Program-made: the position numbers and the translations under genes
Virus record (IMG/VR): IMGVR_UViG_3300046063_000009
DNA: 56,695 bases
Direction: 5' to 3' (one strand)
Source: a virus
Shown here: piece by piece, positions 6,758-15,181 of the stretch
Layout: each line of letters begins with the position of its first letter
Numbering within the stretch: the stretch's first letter is position 1
Notes under the pieces: generated by a model
Seen by the model: only the letters and a program-made list of their open reading frames with translations
Told to the model about the DNA's origin: nothing
Databases searched by the model: none

Positions 6758-8500
6758 TCAGGACTTGTGAACGCTGGTCTCGTACTGGCCCTGGCCCGCT
6801 CCAGCGCGGCCCAGCTTCTTCTCCGAAAATAGTGCGTACCGCATCGCATCGACACCGTGATCGTCCTCTTTGACCGGCTCGTCGCCGTCGTCCTGCCACG
6901 AGTAGCCCTGGATCTCGGTGAGCGTATCGGGCGGCTTATCGTCCGTCCGAAGGTGGCGATCGGCCTGGTGCGCTCGCGCGCCACGGATGAGGTGTACCTC
7001 GGCCCGACCGTTCTCGTCCACGCGGAGCCGGCGCTTCACCTCACGGATGCCATCGCTCACGTCCTTTCGCGCCGCCGTCGTGCGGAAGTACAGCGGATCG
7101 GGGATCTCTGTCTCGTCGGTTCCCTCTTCGCGGAGGTTCGCCGCGTAGCCACGGACGCCCTCTTTCCAGTCGGCGCGCTCGCCGCTGTCGTGGTCGGCGT
7201 AGACTCGCTCGACATGTTCGTACTCGTGTGGGGCCATCCGGTGCAGCGCTTCGCCCGCGATCTCGTCCGGTAGGGTGCGGGTGCGCATCAGCTCGCGGTA
7301 GAGGATGTACCCGTGCGTGGGGGTGCGCGCCCACCACTGCACGCAGGTTGGATCGGGTCGGTAGCCCCAGTCGATGCTCATGACGATCGGCGTGCCCTCC
7401 GGCGGGATCACGCGCGCTGGTTCGTACCCCGGATCGGCGTCGGGCGCTGCCTCGGCGTCGCCGGTCGGCGAGGAATAGGCGCGCTGTCTCGAGGCGAGGG
7501 TTTCGAAATTCGTAACCTGCCATTCGTCTCCAAGGAGATCGGCGACGTCCAGCGGGTTGATGACGTGGGTGGCGATCGAGAACTCGTCGTAGACGCGCCC
7601 CTCGTAGCCGACCCACTGCCCCCGGAGGAAGCGATCGGCGTCCGTCCCGGAGAACTGGTCTTTGAGCGTCGGCGCGTAGTCGTCGGGGTTGTGGATGTTA
7701 TCTTCGGTTTCGCCCTCGAAGACGTCGCCGACGCCCTCGTTGTAGAAGCGCTTATACAGCCAGTGCGTCGGGTCGTCGGGGTTCGTCGCGGCGTAGATCT
7801 GGCGCAGGGGGAGCTTCGGCACGTAGGGGTTCGACAGCGATTCGAGACGAAGGCGACCGGCGAGCATCAGCCACTCACCTTTCGTTAGTTCGATCACCTC
7901 ATCGACGCCGACGTGGCCGAGGTTCATTGACGCGACGTTGCCACCACCGCGCTGCGTGGAGCCGATCGTGTTCAGCCCCTTGTAGTATAGCACCGAGGTC
8001 GGCACCGTCGCCAGCGTCAGCTCATCGCACGCCTGGCAGGGCACCCGGATCGGGCCGTCGATCTCGGTGACGTCTTTCCCGAGGCGATTACGGATCGGTT
8101 CGCTCGTCTCGAACTCACAACCGGGGTTCGCGCAGTAGTGGCGAGGGTACAGCGGCGAGCGGATCTCAATGCGATGCCGGCTCTGGTGGTGATCGACGAC
8201 CTGGTTCTCTGGAAGCGTCTCGTCCAGCAGGACCTCCAAAGTGGTTTCCTTCAGCGAGGAGTGCGTCTTCCGGGCGAGTAGGCCACGGTTGCCCGGATAG
8301 AGGATCGACAGCAGGTAGGCCTTCTCGGTGACGGCGCGTGACTTCCCCGAACCGAACGCGCCCGATCCAAGGATCTCCGAAGCGGTCGATTCGAGAAAGC
8401 CGCTCTGCCACTCCAGTGGCTCGAACAGGTACGCGCGGGTCCCGGCACCGAAGCCACCACCGCCGGAGTCACCTACGCCTGCTCGGTCGTCTGTTGACAT
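6758..8500 (-). CDS. terL: Terminase large subunit with a zinc-ribbon insertion in the ATPase domain
   Basis: Walker A GSGAFGSGKSRAV, about 580 aa, packaging-module position. Trimmed to the ATG at 8500 (MSTDDRAGV...). Contains CANPGC...CQAC at aa 123-158. Confidence 0.8.
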   Translation of the reverse strand: MSTDDRAGVGDSGGGGFGAGTRAYLFEPLEWQSGFLESTASEILGSGAFGSGKSRAVTEKAYLLSILYPGNRGLLARKTHSSLKETTLEVLLDETLPENQVVDHHQSRHRIEIRSPLYPRHYCANPGCEFETSEPIRNRLGKDVTEIDGPIRVPCQACDELTLATVPTSVLYYKGLNTIGSTQRGGGNVASMNLGHVGVDEVIELTKGEWLMLAGRLRLESLSNPYVPKLPLRQIYAATNPDDPTHWLYKRFYNEGVGDVFEGETEDNIHNPDDYAPTLKDQFSGTDADRFLRGQWVGYEGRVYDEFSIATHVINPLDVADLLGDEWQVTNFETLASRQRAYSSPTGDAEAAPDADPGYEPARVIPPEGTPIVMSIDWGYRPDPTCVQWWARTPTHGYILYRELMRTRTLPDEIAGEALHRMAPHEYEHVERVYADHDSGERADWKEGVRGYAANLREEGTDETEIPDPLYFRTTAARKDVSDGIREVKRRLRVDENGRAEVHLIRGARAHQADRHLRTDDKPPDTLTEIQGYSWQDDGDEPVKEDDHGVDAMRYALFSEKKLGRAGAGQGQYETSVHKS

Positions 8501-8790
8501 GAGGTGCAGTACCGGCGTGCGTCCAACTCCGATTCGAGCGTGAGGCGCTGGCAGACCATGCACTCCGTGGCGAGGGGGTGACCGGGGAACTCGGGAGCGG
8601 ACACGTCCGCACCGAAGCGTTCGAGCGGTGACACCGCGCACTCCGTGCAGGTGTACCGTCGCCGACCATCTGGCCGGCGCACCCAGGTCGTCGCGACGTG
8701 GAGGTCCGGTTCGGCGATACCGTTTTCCGATCGACGACAGCTCGTACAGCGCGAGTCGAGGACCGTCTCATCGAGCACTTCCAGCGCCAT
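8473..8790 (-). CDS. Four-CxxC zinc-ribbon protein (105 aa)
   Basis: MALEVLDETVLDSRCTSC...YTCTEC...ECMVC...YCTSC. ATG at 8790. Overlaps the terL start by 28 nt. Confidence 0.7.
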   Translation of the reverse strand: MALEVLDETVLDSRCTSCRRSENGIAEPDLHVATTWVRRPDGRRRYTCTECAVSPLERFGADVSAPEFPGHPLATECMVCQRLTLESELDARRYCTSCQQTTEQA

Positions 8791-8797
8791 CGCCGAC

Positions 8798-9568
8798 TCA
8801 CTCCGCCTCGTACCCGGACGAACCAGCAGCACCGTCCGGGCCGGGCTCGGCCTCGGCCTCGGCGTCGGCGTCGGGGTTGGAAACCTCGATACTGCTGCCG
8901 TCCTCGAGGCCCACCTGGTCGGGCGAGGCTCCGACGAGTTGGGCGTGCTCGATGCCGGGCATTGAGTTGAGATCGACGCCAGCATAGACCTTCGCCTCGC
9001 TGATCCGGTGGTCCATCTCGCCCTCGACGCGGATGTCGGCCTGGTCGGGGGCCTTATCTATCTCGCCGAAGCTCTGCCGCATCTCGATCTCGTCGTAGAC
9101 CTGCTCGGAGACCTGGGTGCGCTGGTGGCGCTCCTCGCGCGTCCATTTGATGATGTCCTGTTTGGCCTGGCCGAGCCTGGTACCGACCGTGCTAAGTTTC
9201 GCGCTGTACTCCGTCGCGGTCATGCCTACGTCGTCGGGGTTGAGGCGCTGGAGGCGCTTCATCTCCTCTTGGAGCTCTTTCACCCGGTCCTCAGCCGCTT
9301 TGCGCTCTTTCCGGGCGGTGCTCGCCAGTTGCTCGAAGCTCTCGGTCTGCGAGCGGTGCTGATACATCAGAAAGCCAGTCCGCTGCTCGAAGCTCGCCGT
9401 CGTGGCTACCTCGTCAACCCACTGATCCATTCGTCCATCGTCCTTCTCGACGGCGTTCACTGAGACGCCGAACTCCTGGGCCAAGCGCTCGCAGCGCTGC
9501 GTGAACCCGACGCCCATCCGCGTCAGTTGTAAGTGCTGCTCACGCCGCTGGCGCAACTCTTTCCGCAT
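8798..9568 (-). CDS. Putative small terminase / DNA-binding packaging protein (position-based)
   Basis: Lies upstream of terL. N-terminal HTH-like GVGFTQRCERLAQEFGVSVNAVEKD, a coiled-coil middle and an acidic tail. Trimmed to the ATG at 9568. Confidence 0.4.
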   Translation of the reverse strand: MRKELRQRREQHLQLTRMGVGFTQRCERLAQEFGVSVNAVEKDDGRMDQWVDEVATTASFEQRTGFLMYQHRSQTESFEQLASTARKERKAAEDRVKELQEEMKRLQRLNPDDVGMTATEYSAKLSTVGTRLGQAKQDIIKWTREERHQRTQVSEQVYDEIEMRQSFGEIDKAPDQADIRVEGEMDHRISEAKVYAGVDLNSMPGIEHAQLVGASPDQVGLEDGSSIEVSNPDADAEAEAEPGPDGAAGSSGYEAE

Positions 9569-9677
9569 GATACCTTTTATCGCCGCGCTCTCGGTAAAAA
9601 GAACCCGGCACGAAGGGGGTGCGTGCAGCACGGCCAGCGCTGCCGTCCACCGGCCGGCGCTCCGATCTCTCCTGGCG

Positions 9678-9873
9678 ACTGACAGCGCACCCGGTCGAAT
9701 CGCTACCCGGAGGTGAGATCGAGCTGTCAGGCGTTAAGTAGGGGGCGCGGCAGCACTGACAGCGCTGCCGAGGGGATGGTGTGAGCGGTCGCTCGCGCCG
9801 GGGTGGGAGGCTACTTAAACACTGACAGCGGCGATCGATGGCTGGCTCCCGGTTCGGTGGGGAGCGCTGTCAG
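9678..9873. repeat. Array of five CTGACAGCG / CGCTGTCAG motifs with nested inverted repeats
   Basis: Motif copies at 9678-9687, 9723-9730 (inverted), 9754-9764, 9821-9830 and 9865-9873 (inverted). Inverted repeat GCTGTCAGgcgTTAAGTAG (9723-9741) / CTACTTAAacaCTGACAGC (9811-9829). Palindrome GGCAGCACTGACAGCGCTGCC (9749-9769). Confidence 0.8.
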
Positions 9874-10712
9874 CCCGCAGGGGAAGCGTCCGTGTGCTCG
9901 CCCTCCCCCTCGGGGACCACCCGATCGACGTAATTCACATACTTGATCCACTCGCGCATATCGTGCTCATCGATGTCGCGGTGGCGACCATCGGCGTAGT
10001 GCAGGTACGGCCGATAGCTCTCGATCGAGTGGCCGGTGAAGTCGAAGATCGTCGCCGTACCGAACGAACTCCCCTTCCAGCTCCGGCTATCCACCGAGTC
10101 GAAGGGGTGGCGCGAGCAGGAGGTAGCACTCCATGGAGTGTAGCCGAGCCCGTGGATCTTACAGTCGTGCTCGTGAGCGCGCTCGATAAACCAGGGGAAA
10201 TGCTTGTAGCTTCGTGGTTTGATCTCGTTTCCCGCTCCCGACCCGATCCCGCCGATCGCCACGTAATCGTAGCGCCGAACGAGGTCGAGAAACGCATCGC
10301 GGCCCCTGGTCGCGTGCCAGACGGGGATGCACGGTTTCCCGGCCTCAGATTCCAGGTGCTCGCGGATCTCGCGCACCGGCTCGGGGTCGTAGTCGAAGAT
10401 TGCATCCAGGTCCATGCCGAGGAAGAGGTCGATCTCGTGGCGCTTGACGCACTCCGCATACCCTTCGGCGTACTCGAACCAGTCGATCTCGTCCGGGTTG
10501 CCAGCCTTCTCGGAGCCACGCATGAACGTGTACGCACCGCTGTCGAGCATGAACGACTCCGGGGGAGCCTGTGGGTCGGGTTCGAGGAAAAGATCGCGTT
10601 GCCAGTCCTTGAGGTAGGCGTAGCTCTCGAGAAGGTACGGCGGATCGAGCACGCACTGCCGACCATCGAACAGAAAGTGTGCGCCGTGGGTCGCAGCGAG
10701 GTAGAGCTTCAC
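9870..10712 (-). CDS. dpdA: DpdA-like DNA-guanine transglycosylase (TGT superfamily)
   Basis: 280 aa with FMLDSGAYTF and VAIGGIGSG motifs. It is the last gene of the preQ0-synthesis operon. GTG start in a GTGA overlap with the upstream stop. Confidence 0.7.
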   Translation of the reverse strand: MKLYLAATHGAHFLFDGRQCVLDPPYLLESYAYLKDWQRDLFLEPDPQAPPESFMLDSGAYTFMRGSEKAGNPDEIDWFEYAEGYAECVKRHEIDLFLGMDLDAIFDYDPEPVREIREHLESEAGKPCIPVWHATRGRDAFLDLVRRYDYVAIGGIGSGAGNEIKPRSYKHFPWFIERAHEHDCKIHGLGYTPWSATSCSRHPFDSVDSRSWKGSSFGTATIFDFTGHSIESYRPYLHYADGRHRDIDEHDMREWIKYVNYVDRVVPEGEGEHTDASPAG

Positions 10713-11680
10713 GAGTCCTCGTCCTCGTTGCTACCGTCTTCATCGTCTCCATCGGAGTCGTCTTGTCGATCGTCTGACGAGCCCTCTAAGACGGCCTCCG
10801 TTGGAGCCTGCGCAGCACCGGCCTCGTCGGCATCGGTAGGCGGATCGACCACGCTAATCTCGAACTCGTCGCCACACTCGGGACAGCGCACGGCGAGCAG
10901 TTCGGCTCTCTCGCCGCTGTCATCGGCGTCCGCGCTCGGTGCGTCCTCGTCGAGGTCAGTAGTGCCGTCCTCGCTGTCGGCGCTGCTGTCGCCGCTGCTG
11001 TCGCCGGCTGTGGCTGCCTCGGAGTCGCCGTCGCTGCCGTTGCTCTCGTCGCTCGGAACCGTCGATGGAATGACGCGCACACCTTCGACGCGCTTTCGAT
11101 CAGGCGAGTGGTCGGCGTCCGGTAGCTCCTCGGGGTGGTCGGTGGCTTCGTCGTCCTCGTCTTGGGTTTCGCTCGGCGGGGTCGGGTCCACCTCCTCGAA
11201 GAACTCGTCGATGTCGTATAGCCCCTGCTCGATCATCTCGTCCACTTCGTCGCTGGTGAAGCCAGTAGTATCAACAGCGAGGTCATCGACGTCAGCCAGT
11301 TCGCTGAGTTCGATCTGGAGGTTGTCGTAGTTCCAAATGGAGTCGAACGCGGTCTTGTTATCCGCGATCCGCGCTGCGCGTACTTCCTCCGGCGAGAGAT
11401 CGTCGCGAACCATGATCGGGACGCGATCGAGTCCAAGATCGAGCGCCGCTAACCGCCGCCCGTGACCTTTGATGATAACGCGCTCCTCGTCTACGACGAT
11501 CGGCTGATCCCAACCACTGAGGATCGATTTCTTCAGGTCGGCGATTTGCTTCGGTGGGTGATCCTGGGGATTCTGCTCGTAGGGGTTGATCGACTCCAGC
11601 GGGACGATCTCGACGTCAGTGTGCATCCGCACGTCTGGTGTCTCGCCGTCGTCTCCGTCCTCGCCGTCGCTATCGCTCAC
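10709..11680 (-). CDS. ParB/Srx-domain protein (DpdB-like) with an acidic linker and a C-terminal zinc-ribbon motif
   Basis: IVPLESINPYEQNPQDHPPKQIADLKKSILSGWDQPIVVDE..IIKGHGRRLAALDLG is a ParB N-terminal domain signature. RCPECGDEFEI near the C-terminus. GTG start at 11680 (alternative ATG at 11626). Confidence 0.65.
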   Translation of the reverse strand: MSDSDGEDGDDGETPDVRMHTDVEIVPLESINPYEQNPQDHPPKQIADLKKSILSGWDQPIVVDEERVIIKGHGRRLAALDLGLDRVPIMVRDDLSPEEVRAARIADNKTAFDSIWNYDNLQIELSELADVDDLAVDTTGFTSDEVDEMIEQGLYDIDEFFEEVDPTPPSETQDEDDEATDHPEELPDADHSPDRKRVEGVRVIPSTVPSDESNGSDGDSEAATAGDSSGDSSADSEDGTTDLDEDAPSADADDSGERAELLAVRCPECGDEFEISVVDPPTDADEAGAAQAPTEAVLEGSSDDRQDDSDGDDEDGSNEDEDS

Positions 11681-12297
11681 CGTGCGTCACCTCCCTGCTG
11701 CGTAGACAGTGAGAGGAGATCGAGGACTTCGCCTTTGATTTCGGGGTCGGAGCGCGCCTCGCCACGCAGCGCGCTCGTCCGGGTAGTGGAGTTCGGTTCG
11801 CGCACGCCGCGCAGGCGCATACAGTCGTGGGTCGCCTCGATCACGACCACGACCGCGACCGGCGATAGCTCCTCGTGGATAGCATCGGCGACCTGCGTAG
11901 TGAGGCGCTCCTGTACCTGTGGGCGTCGTGCGTAGCCGTCCACGACCCGCGCGAGCTTCGAGAGCCCGACGATCCGCTCGGCAGGGATGTACCCGACGTG
12001 CGCGCACCCGGTGAACGGGAGGAAGTGGTGGGCACACATAGAGGCGACTTCGATGTGGTCGACCAGCACGAGTTCGTCCGTGGCATCCTCAGTGAAGGCG
12101 GTACGCAGGTGCTCGCGCGGATCGACCTGGAGACCGCCGAGCAGTTCATCAATGCGAGAGCCGGCGACCCGCTCGGGGGTCTGTGCCAAGTGCTCAGAGT
12201 CAAGATCGATGCCGATGGCGTCCATGAACGCAGCGAAGTGCTCTGCTGCGGCGTCGTGATCGGGCGACAGGGTTCCGGTAGCGCTGGATTCAGTCAT
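11677..12297 (-). CDS. folE: GTP cyclohydrolase I
   Basis: VASMCAHHFLPFTGCAHVGYIP...GLSKLARVVDGYARRPQVQERLTTQVADAI is the canonical FolE core. ATGA overlap with queE. Confidence 0.9.
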   Translation of the reverse strand: MTESSATGTLSPDHDAAAEHFAAFMDAIGIDLDSEHLAQTPERVAGSRIDELLGGLQVDPREHLRTAFTEDATDELVLVDHIEVASMCAHHFLPFTGCAHVGYIPAERIVGLSKLARVVDGYARRPQVQERLTTQVADAIHEELSPVAVVVVIEATHDCMRLRGVREPNSTTRTSALRGEARSDPEIKGEVLDLLSLSTQQGGDAR

Positions 12298-13091
12298 ACG
12301 CCAACCGCCTGATCCCAGAGGTTCACCTGTAACCGCGGAGAGAAGCGCCAGCCACGCTCCTTACAGATCGCCGCCACCTCCGGCGCGGCCGCGCGGAGCT
12401 GTTCGCGGGTCGCGCCGGCTGGCATGAGCTGCACGCGCTCAGGGTTGATCGAGAACCGATCGATTAGCGCGTCGATCTCGGCAAGCCCTGGATCATCGTG
12501 ACCGGCGAGAACGAACTTCCAGCTCACGCGCTCCTCACCTGTGTAGGAGCGAACGGCTTCGGATCGGATTCGCTTGGCCTCGCTCATCCCCGAGTTCGAG
12601 AGCTTCAGGCTCACGTTGTATCGGTCGATCCACGAATCGAGTGGCCCGGCCGTCCGGTCGATAGTGCCGTTCGTCTCAATCTCGGTAGTGAGCACGTCCG
12701 CATCGCGCAGCAGCGCCATGAGCGATAGCTGATGGAGCATCGGTTCGCCACCAGTAATGACCAGGTGCGCCCCACCGGATCGGAGGCGATCGAGCCAACC
12801 GCGAGCCTCCCAGTGCGTCAGTAGGTCATCGATAGTCCACTCGTCGGCGCTACGCCACGTTTCGATTGTATCACAGACCCACGTCGCGCCCGCCTCGGCG
12901 TTCGGCTCCAGCTCATCTTGTGAGCGGTCGGGATCGGGCGGCGCTCCACAGAGCAGGTTACACCCGCCAGTACGCAAGAACACCGCCGGAGTACCAGCGT
13001 GCGGTCCCTCACCCTGGATTGAGTAGAACGTCTCGGCGACCGGGAGCGATGCTGAAGTGAGATCGTCGGATGCTGGTCTCGGATCACTCAC
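12294..13091 (-). CDS. queE: 7-carboxy-7-deazaguanine synthase (radical SAM)
   Basis: ETFYSIQGEGPHAGTPAVFLRTGGCNLLC is the QueE N-terminal signature. GTG start overlapping the queD stop. Confidence 0.85.
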   Translation of the reverse strand: MSDPRPASDDLTSASLPVAETFYSIQGEGPHAGTPAVFLRTGGCNLLCGAPPDPDRSQDELEPNAEAGATWVCDTIETWRSADEWTIDDLLTHWEARGWLDRLRSGGAHLVITGGEPMLHQLSLMALLRDADVLTTEIETNGTIDRTAGPLDSWIDRYNVSLKLSNSGMSEAKRIRSEAVRSYTGEERVSWKFVLAGHDDPGLAEIDALIDRFSINPERVQLMPAGATREQLRAAAPEVAAICKERGWRFSPRLQVNLWDQAVGV

Positions 13092-13566
13092 TGACTCTCA
13101 CCTCGGCAGTGACCGCGTACTTCGACGTCTCGTATAGCGTCAGTCTGACTCCCTGCACCGCGTCGTGCTCGTACACTAAGCGCCGCGCCATCCACCAGAC
13201 CAGCGTCTCGCAGGTCGGGTCGGTCTCGAAGGTGTGGACGCGCTCGGCGGCCTGCCCCTCGATGTCGCCGGAGGCGAGCACGTCGGCGAGGGGGTCGTCC
13301 TCGAACAGCAGCACCGCGTGATCCACCGCGTCGAGCGTATCGCGGAGGTCCTTGAGATCGACCGGCATCGCTCTAGTAGCGCCATCGGGGTCGGTACTGG
13401 GGTCGGGGTCCATCATGGAGACGACCGCTGCGAGTTCCCAGCGTAGGTTATGACCGTGGACGCTCCCGCAGGCTCCATCGTACTCGAACAGTCGGTGGGC
13501 CGTGCTCGTGCTCTGCTCGACGGTAAGCACGCGCTCGTCGGGATCGAGATCTGTGTCAGTTGGCAT
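13084..13566 (-). CDS. queD: 6-carboxy-5,6,7,8-tetrahydropterin synthase
   Basis: HRLFEYDGACGSVHGHNLRWE (QueD/PTPS His motif), 160 aa, within the operon. Confidence 0.8.
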   Translation of the reverse strand: MPTDTDLDPDERVLTVEQSTSTAHRLFEYDGACGSVHGHNLRWELAAVVSMMDPDPSTDPDGATRAMPVDLKDLRDTLDAVDHAVLLFEDDPLADVLASGDIEGQAAERVHTFETDPTCETLVWWMARRLVYEHDAVQGVRLTLYETSKYAVTAEVRVSE

Positions 13567-15076
13567 ACTCGATCACCTCCCCAGCGCCGTTGATCCGAAA
13601 CGCCGTCTTCCGCATGAAGCACGGTCCGCACTCCCCGCAGTGGAGCTCGCCGTCTTCGTAGCACGACCAGGTAAGATCGAGTGGCGCACCGAGATCGAGC
13701 CCCCGCCCGACGATCTCGTGTTTCATCAGGTTGCCCACCGGCATCGATACGTCTACGTGAGCGTCCGCGGCCGTCGCGTAGGGCAGCACGTCGGCGAAGC
13801 AGTCAATGAAGGCCATCTCGTTGTCGGGGAACGCGCCGGCTTCCTCGAGATTGTTCCCGAGAGCGAGGACGTCGTAGCCCTGCGCTTCGGCGATACCGGT
13901 AGCGACCGAGAGCATGAGCAGGTTGCGAGCGGGCACCCACTCGTGCGCGAACTCCGCGCCCTCCTCGCCACCGGCTATCGCAGCCGCCTCCTCGCTGGCA
14001 GCGTCACCGTTGCCAGCCAGCAGCGCCGATCCGCCGATCATGTCGTAGACATCGGTATCGGCGACCAGCAGCGGGACGCCGAGACGGTTCGATATTTTCT
14101 CGACTGCTGCGCGCTCGGAGTCCTCCGATCGGTGGCGATAGGAGAAGTGCAGCAGCGTCACGTCATAGCCCTCAGCGAGCATCTGCGAGGCGACCGTCGT
14201 GGAGTCCAGGCCGCCCGAGGCGATGACCAGCGCTCGCGCGCTCTCGCTCCCGCTCTCATCGTGCCTCGAAGCGTGGCTGTCGAACGCCGGCATCGGCGTC
14301 GGCGGCGCGAGCGAGTGCGTGCGGATCTCCTCGTCAGTGATCGTGGTCAGCGTGTAGGGGTCGATCTCGCGCGTCGAGATCCCGCCGGCATAGAGGCCGT
14401 CCTGGTCGGGCGGGAGCGAGGCGCGGAGGTAGCGCTCCGACGATGAGAAATAGAGCGTCCCCAGGTGGTCGTCGTACATGAGCGCGAGGGGCTTGTAGTT
14501 GCACGCCAGATGGAGGCGATCGGGGTGCTCGCGGTCGAGCACCGCCAGCGCGTAGGAGCCGACCACCTCGTTGACCAGGATGTCGCGCAGGTCCTCGTCG
14601 CTCCCGTCCCACGTCGCGGCGAGCAGGCATGGCAGGACTGCCGTATCGATCTCGCTCACTGGATCGAGGTCATACGCTTCGCGCAGCTCGTCGTCGTTAG
14701 CGATCGTCCCGTTGTGACTCACCCAGTAGCGCCCGCTCGGATCGGGGAAGGGCTGAACGTCGCTATCCGGGTCCTTCTGCTCGACGTACTCAGTGGTCGG
14801 CTCCGCGCGATTGTTATTGATGATCGCCCTGGCAGCAGTGAACCCGAGCGCTTCGGGCTTTGTCGAGCCGGCGGCCCGGAGCGGGGCAGTCGCGTCATCG
14901 GGGTGGCCGACCTCGCGATTGAGGCCGACCCCGCCCTCGGGAGTGATGCCGACGTACCCACAGGAGTCGCGCCCACGGTCGGCGGCGGCCTCGATCACCG
15001 TTGCGAGACGTGAGAGCCTGGCCGGAGCGAGGTCGTCAGGAGGGTGTCGAACGAACAGTCCGCTGATCGAGCACAT
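13556..15076 (-). CDS. queC: Glutamine amidotransferase (class II, Ntn) fused to 7-cyano-7-deazaguanine synthase (Gat-QueC)
   Basis: Starts MCSISGLF (catalytic Cys2). The C-terminal half has ALVIASGGLDSTTVA (PP-loop) and WSCYEDGELHCGECGPCFMR (QueC zinc site). Confidence 0.85.
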   Translation of the reverse strand: MCSISGLFVRHPPDDLAPARLSRLATVIEAAADRGRDSCGYVGITPEGGVGLNREVGHPDDATAPLRAAGSTKPEALGFTAARAIINNNRAEPTTEYVEQKDPDSDVQPFPDPSGRYWVSHNGTIANDDELREAYDLDPVSEIDTAVLPCLLAATWDGSDEDLRDILVNEVVGSYALAVLDREHPDRLHLACNYKPLALMYDDHLGTLYFSSSERYLRASLPPDQDGLYAGGISTREIDPYTLTTITDEEIRTHSLAPPTPMPAFDSHASRHDESGSESARALVIASGGLDSTTVASQMLAEGYDVTLLHFSYRHRSEDSERAAVEKISNRLGVPLLVADTDVYDMIGGSALLAGNGDAASEEAAAIAGGEEGAEFAHEWVPARNLLMLSVATGIAEAQGYDVLALGNNLEEAGAFPDNEMAFIDCFADVLPYATAADAHVDVSMPVGNLMKHEIVGRGLDLGAPLDLTWSCYEDGELHCGECGPCFMRKTAFRINGAGEVIEYAN

Positions 15077-15089
15077 GACAGTATGCGAA

Positions 15090-15117
15090 CTACCCGAGCG
15101 ACCGAGGGTAAATATTG
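15090..15117 (-). promoter_or_regulatory. Promoter candidate for the deazaguanine operon
   Basis: Coding strand reads CAATATTTACCC...CGGGTAG, 13 nt before the ATG at 15076. It shares the CGGGTAG element with the conserved promoters. Confidence 0.4.
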
Positions 15118-15181
15118 TGAGTCTAACGGTTCGAATAAAAGGCGTAGGGAGGTCGTAACTCCGGCAGCGTTGGCGCTCCGG

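Noticed and set aside
6655-6984. N-terminal extensions of track ORFs (6028..6984, 6758..8641, 1281..2027, 17271..19286, 19773..20507, 44130..44969, 8473..8985, 889..1401)
   Set aside because: The extensions are basic and Arg-rich, overlap the 3' ends of upstream genes, and often begin at GTG or TTG. In each case an internal ATG coincides with the upstream stop or a promoter, followed by the switch to acidic composition.
9894-11330. 478-aa plus-strand ORF
   Set aside because: It is antisense to the dpdA and parB-like genes. It is low-complexity and Ser/Arg/Pro-rich with no motifs, which is typical of long spurious ORFs in high-GC DNA.
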